The position numbers and the translations under genes are program-made. From assembly GCA_027348385.1 (NCBI GenBank), contig DAIEPO010000001.1:1-54960 (forward strand): 54,960 nt of DNA, given 5' to 3'. The notes under the pieces are model-generated. The model saw only the letters and a list, made by a program, of their open reading frames with translations, made no database searches and was not told where the DNA came from. This stretch comes from a bacterium (GTDB lineage Bacteria; Patescibacteriota; Doudnabacteria; UBA920; VMFF01). Of the stretch, positions 8,624 through 18,625 are shown in pieces (position 1 is the first letter of the stretch; each line of letters opens with the position of its first letter).

Positions 8624-9622
8624 TTATTTAATTATTTTTGCTTGAAAGTTTTTGTGTGCTTTTAAATCTTTTTGCATTTGAGAAAGCTTAACCAAGCCAA
8701 CTTGTGGTCCAATCTTTGTTGCAACTGAAGCGCCGTTTCTTGAACCCCAACGCAAAGCCTCAGGAACAGAAAGGTCGTGTACTCTTGCTGAAGTAAAACC
8801 AACTGCATAGGCATCACCGCAACCTGTGGCTTCGTATGGCGTGTGTGGGTATATACCCATGTAATAGAAAGCATTGCCGTGTAAGCAGTATGAGCCGTTT
8901 AACCCATCAGTAATGACAACAGTTTTTGGTCCGTGTTTATGCAGTCTGTTTGCCAGTTCTCTAAAATCATCTGTTTTGCCATCAACCAACATTTGTGCCT
9001 CTTCTTTGTTAACAAAAAGAATTTCAGTGTGTTTTAAAAGCGGTTTTAATTTAGCAAGACCTAAGCGCAACTGGTATGTTCCCGGATTAAAAGCCATTTT
9101 AATATTTGGGTTCTTTTTCAAAAAATCAACAATTTCAGTATGTAATTTCAACCCTCTTGGACCAACTGTTGAAAGATATATCCATTTGGTGGAATTAATA
9201 CCTGCTGGAAGTTTGTATGTGTATGGTTGGTGTTTGATGAGTATAGTGCGATCTTTTTTGTACCAAAGCACAACATGAAAGTTTGTTTGAGCATGTTTTT
9301 GAATACTCATTAAATCTCTAGAAACGCCCTCATCTCGAAGTTTGTTTAAAATGACATGCGAGTTATGATCTCCACCGACCGTTCCGTAATATCCTGCTTT
9401 TAAACCCAAACGTGAAGATCCAACCGCTACATTGTTACAGTTTCCTGCTGAAAGAATTGTTAAACTCTCGTAAGGGATCTTGTCACCGTAATTAAAGCTT
9501 AGCTTCTTTCCATTTTTGGTATTATGAACTTCTGCTTCTTCAATGTGCAAAAAAGCATCAATTGTACAATCCCCGATTGAGACAATATCAAACTTTGTTT
9601 TTTTTGATGAGGCTTTAACCAT
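8624..9622 (-). CDS. PfkB/ribokinase-family sugar (phosphate) kinase
   Basis: 332 aa; the C-terminal GCGDAYAVGF anion-hole motif and the TDGLNGSY region are typical of the PfkB family. The substrate cannot be determined from sequence. Confidence 0.75.
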   Translation of the reverse strand: MVKASSKKTKFDIVSIGDCTIDAFLHIEEAEVHNTKNGKKLSFNYGDKIPYESLTILSAGNCNNVAVGSSRLGLKAGYYGTVGGDHNSHVILNKLRDEGVSRDLMSIQKHAQTNFHVVLWYKKDRTILIKHQPYTYKLPAGINSTKWIYLSTVGPRGLKLHTEIVDFLKKNPNIKMAFNPGTYQLRLGLAKLKPLLKHTEILFVNKEEAQMLVDGKTDDFRELANRLHKHGPKTVVITDGLNGSYCLHGNAFYYMGIYPHTPYEATGCGDAYAVGFTSARVHDLSVPEALRWGSRNGASVATKIGPQVGLVKLSQMQKDLKAHKNFQAKIIK

Positions 9623-10619
9623 TTTTTACCTTTCTTTGAATTACTTTTAAAATTGCATTTTTAATAGCGGGGGCATCCATACCAAACTTTTCAAGCAGTT
9701 GTGCTGGTTCTCCGCTTTCACCAAAAGAATCAGGCATACCAACCATTTCAACTGGTACAGGATAATTCTTAGACAAAACTTCGCAAACAGCACTGCCTGC
9801 TCCAGCATTAATTTGATGTTCTTCTAAAGTAACAACTGCGCCGCATTTTTTAGCTGCTGCAATTATACTCTCACTATCAATCGGCTTTATCGTGTGGTTA
9901 TTCAAAACCATGACACTAATTCCCTGTTTTTCTAACTCAGCTGCTGCTAAAAGTGCATTGTACAAAACAGGACCAGAACCAATGACAACAACATCTTTCC
10001 CTTCTTTAAAAACCTGTGCTTTACCAATTTCAAAACCAGTTTCAGGAAGAGTCATCACAGGGGTTTTCTCTCTTGTAAATCTAAAATATACAGGTCCTTT
10101 AAAAGCTGCAGCAGCAAGAGTTGCTTGTTTTGTCTGAAGATAGTCACAAGGAACTAAAACCACAAGACCTGGCAAAACCCTGGTTATGGCAATGTCTTCC
10201 AAGGCTTGGTGTGTTGCACCATCTGGACCAACTGAAACACCAGTGTGCGCCCCGGCAATCTTAACATTTGCCTGACTGTAAACAACACTTACTCTAAGCT
10301 GATCCCAGTTTCTTCCCGGAGAAAATGTAGCATATGACGAAACAAAAGGAATTTTTCCTGCAAGAGCCAAGCCTGCTGCAATACCCATCATGTTTTGTTC
10401 AGCAACACCAATTTCAAAAAATCTTTCTGGAAATTTCTTTTGAAAAGCCTGGGCTCTAGTTGATTCAGAAAGGTCACCTGTTAAAACAACAACATTTGGA
10501 TTTTTCTCACCAAGTTCAACTAAAGCCTCACCATAGCCATCTCTGGTTGGTTTTTGCTCAATATCTGCTGCACCAATTTTTTCAGAAATTTTTACTGGTT
10601 CTAAATTTGTTTGAGACAT
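9615..10619 (-). CDS. transketolase, C-terminal (pyrimidine-binding) subunit
   Basis: 334 aa; R.GYGEAL..LG, FFEIGVAEQNM and the C-terminal transketolase domain; overlaps neighbours. Confidence 0.9.
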   Translation of the reverse strand: MSQTNLEPVKISEKIGAADIEQKPTRDGYGEALVELGEKNPNVVVLTGDLSESTRAQAFQKKFPERFFEIGVAEQNMMGIAAGLALAGKIPFVSSYATFSPGRNWDQLRVSVVYSQANVKIAGAHTGVSVGPDGATHQALEDIAITRVLPGLVVLVPCDYLQTKQATLAAAAFKGPVYFRFTREKTPVMTLPETGFEIGKAQVFKEGKDVVVIGSGPVLYNALLAAAELEKQGISVMVLNNHTIKPIDSESIIAAAKKCGAVVTLEEHQINAGAGSAVCEVLSKNYPVPVEMVGMPDSFGESGEPAQLLEKFGMDAPAIKNAILKVIQRKVKNG

Positions 10620-11470
10620 TACTGGTGTTCTCCTTGAATCATTCCTCTTAATGTCCTTAAATCATTTAAAGCTTGGTTTGCCTGTTCTTTGTTTGGCGGG
10701 CTGCCGTGCCATTTGTAATCATATTCCATGAAACCAACGCCTTTACCAGGAATGGTGTGTGCAATGATTATTGTTGGCTTTTCATAGATTGCTCTGGCTT
10801 CATTGCATGCATCAATGATTTGCTGATAGTTATGACCATCAACTTCAATGACATGAAAGTTAAATGCTTCATATTTATCCTTCAATGGTTCAAGTGGCAT
10901 AATATCTTCTGTGTATCCATCAATTTGAATGTTGTTGCGATCTAGAATGACAGTTAAGTTATGCAGTTTGTTTTTTCCAGCAAACATTAAAGCTTCCCAA
11001 ATCTGACCCTCGTCTTGTTCCCCATCACTGCATACTGCATAGATTCTGCCAGTTGTACGATCTAAACGAGAAGCTAAAGCCATACCAACAGCTTGAGACA
11101 AACCCTGGCCTAGTGGTCCAGAAGAATTTTCAAGCCCAGGAAGTGCTAAGTTGTGTGGATGCCCATGTAATCTTGTACCTAGTTTTCTTAGAGTCTTTAA
11201 TTCTTCTTTTGGAAAATATCCAGCCTCTGCCATAGTTGCATAGAGCACAGGACAGATATGTCCACAGGACAAAACAAGTTTGTCGCGATCAACCCAACTT
11301 GGGTTTTGTGGGTCATGTCTTAAAATATTGAAATACAATGTTGCAAAAACATCCGCCATACCTAAAGGCCCGGCTGAATGTCCGGATTTAGCTTCCAAAA
11401 GCATTTCAATGATATCTTGCCTAATATCATTTGCTTTTAATTGAAGTTGTTGTGCTGTTAGTTTTTGCAT
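10619..11470 (-). CDS. transketolase, N-terminal (TPP-binding) subunit
   Basis: 283 aa; GHSAGPLGMADV and CSDGEQDEGQIWEA (the TPP GDG-type motif). Confidence 0.9.
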   Translation of the reverse strand: MQKLTAQQLQLKANDIRQDIIEMLLEAKSGHSAGPLGMADVFATLYFNILRHDPQNPSWVDRDKLVLSCGHICPVLYATMAEAGYFPKEELKTLRKLGTRLHGHPHNLALPGLENSSGPLGQGLSQAVGMALASRLDRTTGRIYAVCSDGEQDEGQIWEALMFAGKNKLHNLTVILDRNNIQIDGYTEDIMPLEPLKDKYEAFNFHVIEVDGHNYQQIIDACNEARAIYEKPTIIIAHTIPGKGVGFMEYDYKWHGSPPNKEQANQALNDLRTLRGMIQGEHQ

Positions 11471-11477
11471 TTTTGTT

Positions 11478-12275
11478 TTAGTGTGGAAAAACTTTAAATA
11501 CTACATAAACAAGTATGAATATGGCGATGCTAATTGCAGTTAAGACTTTAAACCGTGAACCAATGTCTTTGTTGCGCTGTTCTTCTGTTGCAGAAAGCAT
11601 TTCAATATAGAAAAGTCGGATGAAGTTACTTTGTACTAAGCCTAGGTATATTATCAAAAACAAGAGTAAGATGCCGACAAAAAGCTGTGTGGAGATCAAG
11701 AAGACAATTGCAACTAAAAGTAAAACATACCCTATCGAAAGGAGACCCAGTGTTCTTGCAAGCACAAACCAAGCAAGTCCTCTGGAAAGTTCTCTGCTAC
11801 GTTCTCTGCCTCTTTTCCAATCCAGATTTTCATAGACAAAAAGAAATGGACTAAAGATGAAATTGTTTCTTGCAAGGAAACAAGGACAAGCAAGTAAAAC
11901 TTGTCCAAAAAACAAGATTACTCCAGCTCCTAAAGCATTTGCAAAGAACTTCCAACCTAAACGAACTGATTTTTGAACAATCTCTGAAACCTTAGTTTCT
12001 CCTTGAGAAAGATATGTATATACTAGTCCTAAGCTACCGTTATATTTCAAAAACCAAAACAAGAAATATACCAAGGAAAGTATTTCAAAAACCAATCCTG
12101 CTGGTTCATTTTTCTTGGAGATATAGTAACCAAAGGCAAGTAAAGCTGCTGCGAAACTTAAATCACGCAAAGCGTACAAAAAAAGGAGCATCCCCGCTTG
12201 TAAAAGAACAAGTAACTGTTTGTTGGTGCGGCTGATACTCGTTGATAGATTTTGCCAAAAACTAGAGAATTGCAT
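11478..12275 (-). CDS. multi-pass membrane protein, unknown function
   Basis: 265 aa with about 6 hydrophobic segments. Wedged between rpe and tkt; overlaps the rpe 3' end by 14 nt. Confidence 0.6.
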   Translation of the reverse strand: MQFSSFWQNLSTSISRTNKQLLVLLQAGMLLFLYALRDLSFAAALLAFGYYISKKNEPAGLVFEILSLVYFLFWFLKYNGSLGLVYTYLSQGETKVSEIVQKSVRLGWKFFANALGAGVILFFGQVLLACPCFLARNNFIFSPFLFVYENLDWKRGRERSRELSRGLAWFVLARTLGLLSIGYVLLLVAIVFLISTQLFVGILLLFLIIYLGLVQSNFIRLFYIEMLSATEEQRNKDIGSRFKVLTAISIAIFILVYVVFKVFPH

Positions 12276-12924
12276 TACTCAGATCCCTGAAATTATCCGC
12301 AGGAGTCTTCTCACCTTCCAAGCCGGTATCAAAGAGTGCTGAGTTAGCTATTAAAAGGTCTGCTCCGGCTGCGGAAAGTTCCTTAATGTTGCTAATTTTT
12401 ACGCCGCCATCCACCTCTAATATACCATTTTTGTAAGCTTTTCTCAATTCTTTAACTTTTTCAACAGTTCCAGGAAGTTCAGGCTGTCCTTTTTCTCCGG
12501 GTTCAATGCCCATTACAGAAATTTGTTTAAAAGAATCAAGGTAAGGCGTAACTTCGGCAATGCTTGTTTCTGGGTTAATGACTAAACCAGCAGTAAGTTT
12601 CAAAGCATCAAGTTCTTCTGCTAATTTCGGGATTTCTGATTTGTCTGATACTGCTTCATAATGGAAAAGAACTGTTGTAAAGCCAACTAATTTTGCATCA
12701 AAAAAATATGCTCTGGGATCTTTAACCATTAAATGCGCTTCCCATTCAAAAGCAGGGTTTAATATATCAAGCTCTGAAATCTGTAAATCCTTGTGCGCGG
12801 TAAATTGACCATCAGAAAAATCAACCTGGATCCTTTTAACTCCAGGGATTTTCATGATTGCTTCTAAACGATTTTTAAAACTGCTCCAGTCATCCTCAAG
12901 GATTGCTGGAACTACCATAGCCAT
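12262..12924 (-). CDS. rpe: ribulose-phosphate 3-epimerase-like TIM-barrel protein (divergent)
   Basis: 220 aa; pattern VDFSDGQF..HLMV..VINPET..MGIEPGEKGQ..EVDGGV parallels Rpe DxMDGxFV..HLMV..NPxT..PGFGGQ..DGG but with substitutions. Sits between rpiB and tkt. Confidence 0.6.
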   Translation of the reverse strand: MAMVVPAILEDDWSSFKNRLEAIMKIPGVKRIQVDFSDGQFTAHKDLQISELDILNPAFEWEAHLMVKDPRAYFFDAKLVGFTTVLFHYEAVSDKSEIPKLAEELDALKLTAGLVINPETSIAEVTPYLDSFKQISVMGIEPGEKGQPELPGTVEKVKELRKAYKNGILEVDGGVKISNIKELSAAGADLLIANSALFDTGLEGEKTPADNFRDLSNAIL

Positions 12925-13364
12925 TATTTTAAATTGTTAATTTCTTTTATTCTTCTAATAAATCGGGGTTCGAAAGAAAACTTGGTTGTTAACCAAAACC
13001 AAACTATGTCTTCTGCCGTTTCTGTAGAAACAAAATCTGCAGGCAAACAAAGAATATTTGCATCATCATCGTGTCTGGAATGCTTGGCTGCATGCTCATT
13101 CCAAGCAAGCGCTGCTCGAACATATTTAAAACGGTTAGCTGCAATACAAACACCCTGCCCTGAACGACAAATTAAAATTCCTTTGTTTTTAGCCGGATCT
13201 TTTTGCACAGCCCGAGCAACTTTAACAGTGTAAGGTGTAAAATCATCACCTGGTACTAATTTTTTTGCACCAACATCAACGTACTGTAATTTTGTACGTT
13301 TCAAAAACTTTTTAAGATCTTCTTTTAATTTAAACCCGCCGTGATCAGCGCCAATGTATATCAT
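12924..13364 (-). CDS. rpiB: ribose-5-phosphate isomerase B
   Basis: 146 aa; IGADHGGFKLKE and ILICRSGQGVCIAANR. Confidence 0.9.
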   Translation of the reverse strand: MIYIGADHGGFKLKEDLKKFLKRTKLQYVDVGAKKLVPGDDFTPYTVKVARAVQKDPAKNKGILICRSGQGVCIAANRFKYVRAALAWNEHAAKHSRHDDDANILCLPADFVSTETAEDIVWFWLTTKFSFEPRFIRRIKEINNLK

Positions 13365-14071
13365 ATTTTTATGGTTATGATTTGGTTAAATTCTTCTGCT
13401 TTCAAACTTGCTCCACCAACAAGCAGACCATCAATCTGACGCTCTAAAAAGCTCTGAGCATTTAGAGCATTACTACTACCACCATAGAGCACTTTAGCCA
13501 CCTTGAACTTTATCCTAACAAACATACAGATTCTTTCAGCATGATCAGGGTTTTCTATATTTTTAGTCTTGTATGGATCCCCTGTAGATATTGCCCAGAC
13601 TGGTTCATACGCTACAATAACTTTTTTTGGATCAACTGCATACAAAGCTGCTTCAAGTTGGTTTTGCAGATGCTGCATTACTTCTTCGTCAGCCATGTCA
13701 TGAGAAAGACCATAACCAACACAGAGCACTGGTGTAATCTTGTTTGCAAGGGCTGCTTTAACTTTTAAGTTAACCTCGTTATCTGTTTCTCCTAAAGCAC
13801 GTCTTTCAGAATGACCAATAATGGCATATTTAACCTTAAACTGTTTTAACATCTCTGCAGAAACTTGACCCGTAAAAGCTCCGTTATTTTGCCAGAACAT
13901 ATCTTGTGCACCTAATTCAAGTTTGGTTTTTAACAACGACAAGTAAACAAAAGGCGGACAGATAACCACATGTTGGGTTGCTTTTGTTTTGGAGATTGCT
14001 AAGACAAGCTTCTCTGCTTCTTTAAAGCTTTTTGGATTCATTTTCCAATTTGCGATGATTAGTTTTTTCAT
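13361..14071 (-). CDS. tpiA: triosephosphate isomerase
   Basis: 236 aa; IANWKMN, IGHSERR, AYEPVWAI and GGAS. Confidence 0.93.
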   Translation of the reverse strand: MKKLIIANWKMNPKSFKEAEKLVLAISKTKATQHVVICPPFVYLSLLKTKLELGAQDMFWQNNGAFTGQVSAEMLKQFKVKYAIIGHSERRALGETDNEVNLKVKAALANKITPVLCVGYGLSHDMADEEVMQHLQNQLEAALYAVDPKKVIVAYEPVWAISTGDPYKTKNIENPDHAERICMFVRIKFKVAKVLYGGSSNALNAQSFLERQIDGLLVGGASLKAEEFNQIITIKI

Positions 14072-14073
14072 AG

Positions 14074-15060
14074 CTATTTCAAAAACTTAACAGCATCCTC
14101 TGGAGGCATTGGATTAATTGGTATACCAGTAGCATATTCAAAACCAGCCCAAATGGCAATTCTAGGGAATATTACCAAGTGCCAATGATATACCTCTTTT
14201 CTATGCGCGCTGTGTCCTGCTTGTGCAAGTGGCATAGTGTGGATATAGAAGTTTAAAGGAGGATCAGAAAGTTTGATGTAAAGTCTACCTAAAACAAACT
14301 TTAAAACATTGGCTAGCTGGGACATTTCTTTTTCTGAAACCTCTTCAAAATTAGAAGCGTGTTTTTTTGGTAAAATCCAAGTTTCAAAAGGACTACGTGA
14401 GGCATAAGGAGCAAGCACAATGAAATCTTCGGTCTCATAGAAAACTCTTTCGTTTTGTTTGCGCTCTTCTTCCATGATTGCGCAATAGATGCATTTCTTT
14501 TCTGCTTGATAGTAATGGTAGCACCCGGTTATTTCATCATGGATACCATTTGGAACAAAAGGGGTTGCAATGATTTGAAAATGCGGATGAATTAATGAAG
14601 CACCCGCTTCTCTGCCATGGTTATAAAATATCTGGATGTAAGCAAGCTGCGGATGTTTAGCTAGTTCTAAGTATCTTTGTTGCAAGATTTTTAAAGTATC
14701 AACAACAGTAGTGATTGATTGTAATGCTATTGGTTCATTATGTTTTCTGGTAATGACGACTTCGTGGTCTCCTGTGCCTGATCTTGAAACATAGAACTCT
14801 TTATCAGCAGTTAAAGGAACATCTGAAAGTGCTTCAAACTTGTTTGGAATGACCCTGATCTGCCAATTTTTCCCCTTTGGATATCTTAAAATATCATCAT
14901 TTTTTGCCTCATTACCAGGACAAAAAACACACGCTGGGATTATCTCCGGCATATTCTGGGAGATGACCTGTGCTTGAGCAAACTGCTCTGGACGCTTACT
15001 GCGGTTTGGTGCAATTAAAACCCAGTGCTTTGAAATTGGATTTTGTCTAAATTGAGACAT
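14074..15060 (-). CDS. galT: galactose-1-phosphate uridylyltransferase-type HIT-family nucleotidyltransferase
   Basis: 328 aa; CVFCPGNE zinc site and HPHFQI (H-x-H-x-Q). Confidence 0.8.
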   Translation of the reverse strand: MSQFRQNPISKHWVLIAPNRSKRPEQFAQAQVISQNMPEIIPACVFCPGNEAKNDDILRYPKGKNWQIRVIPNKFEALSDVPLTADKEFYVSRSGTGDHEVVITRKHNEPIALQSITTVVDTLKILQQRYLELAKHPQLAYIQIFYNHGREAGASLIHPHFQIIATPFVPNGIHDEITGCYHYYQAEKKCIYCAIMEEERKQNERVFYETEDFIVLAPYASRSPFETWILPKKHASNFEEVSEKEMSQLANVLKFVLGRLYIKLSDPPLNFYIHTMPLAQAGHSAHRKEVYHWHLVIFPRIAIWAGFEYATGIPINPMPPEDAVKFLK

Positions 15061-15569
15061 TAGTAGATGTTAAAGTTTTTTGCAAAACGCTCTAAGTATG
15101 CAGAATGTCCGTAGATATAGAAAAGATGCGAAGAGTCTTTGACTAAAGCAACATCATAAAGGTCAGGATCAGTATCAATACGGGCTTTAATGATTGCAAT
15201 TTGAATATCGCCTCTAGCGATATTATTTTCTTTGCTAATCTTCAAAGCTTTACGCACTGCAGTTTCATCTTTTAATTTAAGTGGTACAACCACTAAACTT
15301 TCGGACAGGTCTGCTGGATTTTCAAAGATAATATTACCAAGACCGTCGCGCTCAAGCTGCCAATCGTGCGGGTATCTGGCACTGTAATTAAACTGCTGAT
15401 CCAGAAATAGCTTGTTGGTTTTTAATTCTGCAAAAACAAAATCTTTGTCAAAGTAGTATCCAGAAATGGAAATGTAAGCAAGAAGTGCTGCGCCTGAAAA
15501 CAACAAAGCAAAAATTGCCCAGATGAAATATCGGTTTGGATGCAAGATCTTTTTTAAGTTCTGATGCAT
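15060..15569 (-). CDS. membrane-anchored hypothetical protein
   Basis: 169 aa; one N-terminal TM helix (YFIWAIFALLFSGAALLAYISI). Confidence 0.55.
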   Translation of the reverse strand: MHQNLKKILHPNRYFIWAIFALLFSGAALLAYISISGYYFDKDFVFAELKTNKLFLDQQFNYSARYPHDWQLERDGLGNIIFENPADLSESLVVVPLKLKDETAVRKALKISKENNIARGDIQIAIIKARIDTDPDLYDVALVKDSSHLFYIYGHSAYLERFAKNFNIY

Positions 15570-15575
15570 TTTGTT

Positions 15576-15959
15576 TTAGTTAGTTTTTTTGTTGAGGTAA
15601 TTAGAAAGAAAAATCTGTGCAGCTAGTGCATCAATGTTCTTACTGCTTCCGGAAATATTTTCTGCCATCTTGGAACTTAAACGTTCATCTACCAATTCAA
15701 CTTCTAGCCCAGATATCTCTCGAATCTTTTTTTGAAAATCTAAGACCTCTGCTGTTTTTAAGGTTGGCTGACCGCTCATATTCAAAGGGTTTCCTAAAAC
15801 GATCTTTGAAATATTTTTTTCTTTGATTAAATGAGGCAGCTCGGTGATGATCTGCTCTGGGCTCCAGATTTCAAATTCAAAAGCAAACTTTTGCTCTTCA
15901 TCACTTAAAGCTAAGCCAATCCTTTTTTCTCCATAATCAATTGCTAATATTCTAGACAT
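15576..15959 (-). CDS. ruvX: Holliday-junction resolvase-like nuclease YqgF/RuvX
   Basis: 127 aa; ILAIDYGEKRIGLALSD and DERLSS. Confidence 0.88.
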   Translation of the reverse strand: MSRILAIDYGEKRIGLALSDEEQKFAFEFEIWSPEQIITELPHLIKEKNISKIVLGNPLNMSGQPTLKTAEVLDFQKKIREISGLEVELVDERLSSKMAENISGSSKNIDALAAQIFLSNYLNKKTN

Positions 15960-17218
15960 TATTTGCTTTCACTTAACACTACTTTAATCTTAATATTTTG
16001 TTTGTCTCTCACTACATCTAAGGTAACAGTATCTCCTGGGTTGTATTGTCTAATTAATCCAGCAAGGCTATGGCTATCATCAATCTTAACGCTATTAACT
16101 GCTGTGATTATATCCCCGTCTTTTAACCCTGCTTTATCAGCTGCACTTCCTGGTGCAACCCCTGAAACTGGACTGCCAAAATCATCAAGTCCAGTAATAA
16201 TCCAAGCACCGTGGTCAACTGAGAGGTTGTTCTGTTGTTGAATCTGCGCATTTATCAAAACATAACGAATACCTAAGTATGCCCTGACAATTCGACCATA
16301 TTTCTTGTAGCTTTGCAAAGCCTTGGAAGCATCGTTTGAAGGAATAGCAAAACCAACTGATTGGCCTTGTTGTGCCATAGCAGTATTTACTCCAATGACC
16401 TCACCATATTCGTTTAGTAAAGGTCCTCCTGAGTTTCCAGGATTAATTGCAGCATCAGTTTGAATTACCCCTTCTAAGGTTTCTGAAGTACCTGCACCGC
16501 CTGCGGTTATGGTGCGTCCTATCCCCGAAATTATTCCTGTTGTCACAGTGTTGCTGTATTCACCAAGTGAATTACCAATGGCAATTACTTTTTGACCGAT
16601 TTGGATCTTAGATGAATCAGCAAGTTTTAAATATGTTGCTCCAGTAATATTTACCTTTATAATTGCTAAATCACTTAATGGATCAAGTGCTAAAACAGTA
16701 GCGTCATATCTTTTGCCACTTGCAGTAACAACAGTAAACTTAGCGCTTGTGCTTGCGACAACATGCTTGTTTGTCATGATTAAACCATCTGAGCTTACAA
16801 AGAAACCACTACCTGCTCCTGTTTCCTTGTATTGTGGGGTTGTATTTGGTTGCTGTTGGTTCTGAAAAAATGGATCAAAGAAAAAAGGGCTACTAAATGA
16901 GTTGTACTTGTTAATATCCTCTGAGATGATTACTGAAACAACTGCAGCGCTTGCTTTCTTGATTACATCAACTGTGTTCGGAGAGCTTTGGACTGAATCT
17001 TGTTTTTGTTGGTCTGCTTTAGTCTCTGCATTTAAAACAGCTGGGGTGTTTGTTTGTGAGTTTAATCCAAAGAGTTTGCTTTTAGTAGCATATACTCCTC
17101 CGGCAAAACCTGAAAAAGCGCCTGCTAAAATGCTAATTAAGACAATGGAGATTATTAATCCATTGCCCAGTTTTTTAATGCTTTTTGATTCTAATATTTC
17201 TTTTGTTTCTTCTTGCAT
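15959..17218 (-). CDS. htrA: HtrA/DegP-family serine protease with PDZ domain
   Basis: 419 aa; N-terminal TM, TNKHV (His), D..LAIIK (Asp), GNSGGPL (Ser) and a C-terminal PDZ (GLKDGDIITAVN). Confidence 0.9.
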   Translation of the reverse strand: MQEETKEILESKSIKKLGNGLIISIVLISILAGAFSGFAGGVYATKSKLFGLNSQTNTPAVLNAETKADQQKQDSVQSSPNTVDVIKKASAAVVSVIISEDINKYNSFSSPFFFDPFFQNQQQPNTTPQYKETGAGSGFFVSSDGLIMTNKHVVASTSAKFTVVTASGKRYDATVLALDPLSDLAIIKVNITGATYLKLADSSKIQIGQKVIAIGNSLGEYSNTVTTGIISGIGRTITAGGAGTSETLEGVIQTDAAINPGNSGGPLLNEYGEVIGVNTAMAQQGQSVGFAIPSNDASKALQSYKKYGRIVRAYLGIRYVLINAQIQQQNNLSVDHGAWIITGLDDFGSPVSGVAPGSAADKAGLKDGDIITAVNSVKIDDSHSLAGLIRQYNPGDTVTLDVVRDKQNIKIKVVLSESK

Positions 17219-17264
17219 AAAACCGTCTCCTTGCTATACATCTTAGCATATTTTAAGCACGGTT

Positions 17265-18014
17265 TTAAGTAAGGATTACAGGACCATTTTTTGTTATAGC
17301 TACAGTGTGTTCAAAATGCGCGGCCAAACTTTCATCTCTGGTAGTCACTGTCCAGCCATCATCTTCAATGAAAATATCATCAGTACCTAAGGTAAACATT
17401 GGCTCAATGGCTATAACTAACCCTTCTGTTAGTTCAGGGCCTGTTCCCTTTTTGCCATAGTTGGGCACTTGCGGTTCTTCATGCACTGCATGTCCAACAC
17501 CATGTCCAACCAAGTCTCTAATTATACCCAGCTTGTTGTCATCAGCTATCTTTTGTACAGCCGCACCAATATCTCCAACTCTGTTACCTATCTTTGCTTC
17601 TGCGATACCAATGGCCAGGGCTTTTTTTGTAAGATCAAGGAGTCTTTGTGCTTCTTGCGAGATCTTGCCAACCGCAACAGTTATAGCAGTGTCTGTGTAC
17701 AAACCTTTGTATTCCATGCCAATATCTAAACCAAGAAGGTCTCCTTCTTTCAGAATCTGGTTCTTTGAAGGCACGCCGTGCACAACCACGGAATTTACAG
17801 AAGTGCAAAGTCCTGCAGGAAATAAATGCCCCTTATGACCATAGCCTTTGAAAGACGGGCGTCCACCTGCTTTAGTTATTTCTGCTTCTGCAAAGCTATT
17901 CAACTGCCATGTCGAAACACCGGGTTGCGCAAGTTTTGCTGTTTGCTCCAAAATCCGGTTCAAGATCTTTCCACCTTCCGCTATTTTCTCTATTTCTTTT
18001 TCAGTTTTACGCAT
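17265..18014 (-). CDS. map: type I methionine aminopeptidase
   Basis: 249 aa; VHGVP, D.G, GHG.G..HE and the EHTV metal ligand pattern. Confidence 0.92.
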   Translation of the reverse strand: MRKTEKEIEKIAEGGKILNRILEQTAKLAQPGVSTWQLNSFAEAEITKAGGRPSFKGYGHKGHLFPAGLCTSVNSVVVHGVPSKNQILKEGDLLGLDIGMEYKGLYTDTAITVAVGKISQEAQRLLDLTKKALAIGIAEAKIGNRVGDIGAAVQKIADDNKLGIIRDLVGHGVGHAVHEEPQVPNYGKKGTGPELTEGLVIAIEPMFTLGTDDIFIEDDGWTVTTRDESLAAHFEHTVAITKNGPVILT

Positions 18015-18624
18015 TTTTTAATATCTCTGTTATGGCTCTATCAATTCTTTTGCGCACTGCTGCCCTTGTTCCTAAACCATTAATCTCTTTGTAGCTATAT
18101 TTACTCTTGAAAAAAGAAACGACTTGCGCAATATTTTTTCTGTAATATTTAACTCTGTTATTTAAGGAATCAAAAGAATCATCAGGACGTTTAGAAAACT
18201 TTCCTTTGTAGTATTCAACTCTGTTTTTAGCGCGCTTTAAAACTTCTTTTTCTGGAATGTGTAAATACAAAGCAATGACATTTTCAGGAGTTCTTTTAAC
18301 TTGTTGCATCCATTTGTAAACAAGCTTTGCCTCACCAATCATTTTAGGTGTGCCATCAAAAAGAATACCTTTGTTTTTAGGTGCTTTTAATATCTTTTCT
18401 TTATGTATAGCCCGAACAATCGTAGTTGGAGCAAGTTTACCTTTGTTAGTTGTTTCTTTTAAGGATTTTTTTAGGGCTTTGCTTCCCTTGCCATTTAAAA
18501 TATGGCGCATTTCTTGACCCATGTCTAAGTCCAGCAGTTTATATTTTGAGATTAAAAACTTTGCTTGAGTTGCTTTGCCTGCTGCAGGATCACCTAAAAG
18601 AATAATATTTAAAGGTGCTTTCAT
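18007..18624 (-). CDS. adenylate-kinase-family NMP kinase paralogue with atypical P-loop
   Basis: 205 aa; ILLGDPAAGKATQAKFL where adenylate kinases have GxPGxGKGTQ. Short lid without Cys; FDGTPK replaces FDGFPR. Confidence 0.6.
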   Translation of the reverse strand: MKAPLNIILLGDPAAGKATQAKFLISKYKLLDLDMGQEMRHILNGKGSKALKKSLKETTNKGKLAPTTIVRAIHKEKILKAPKNKGILFDGTPKMIGEAKLVYKWMQQVKRTPENVIALYLHIPEKEVLKRAKNRVEYYKGKFSKRPDDSFDSLNNRVKYYRKNIAQVVSFFKSKYSYKEINGLGTRAAVRKRIDRAITEILKNA

Positions 18625-18625
18625 T

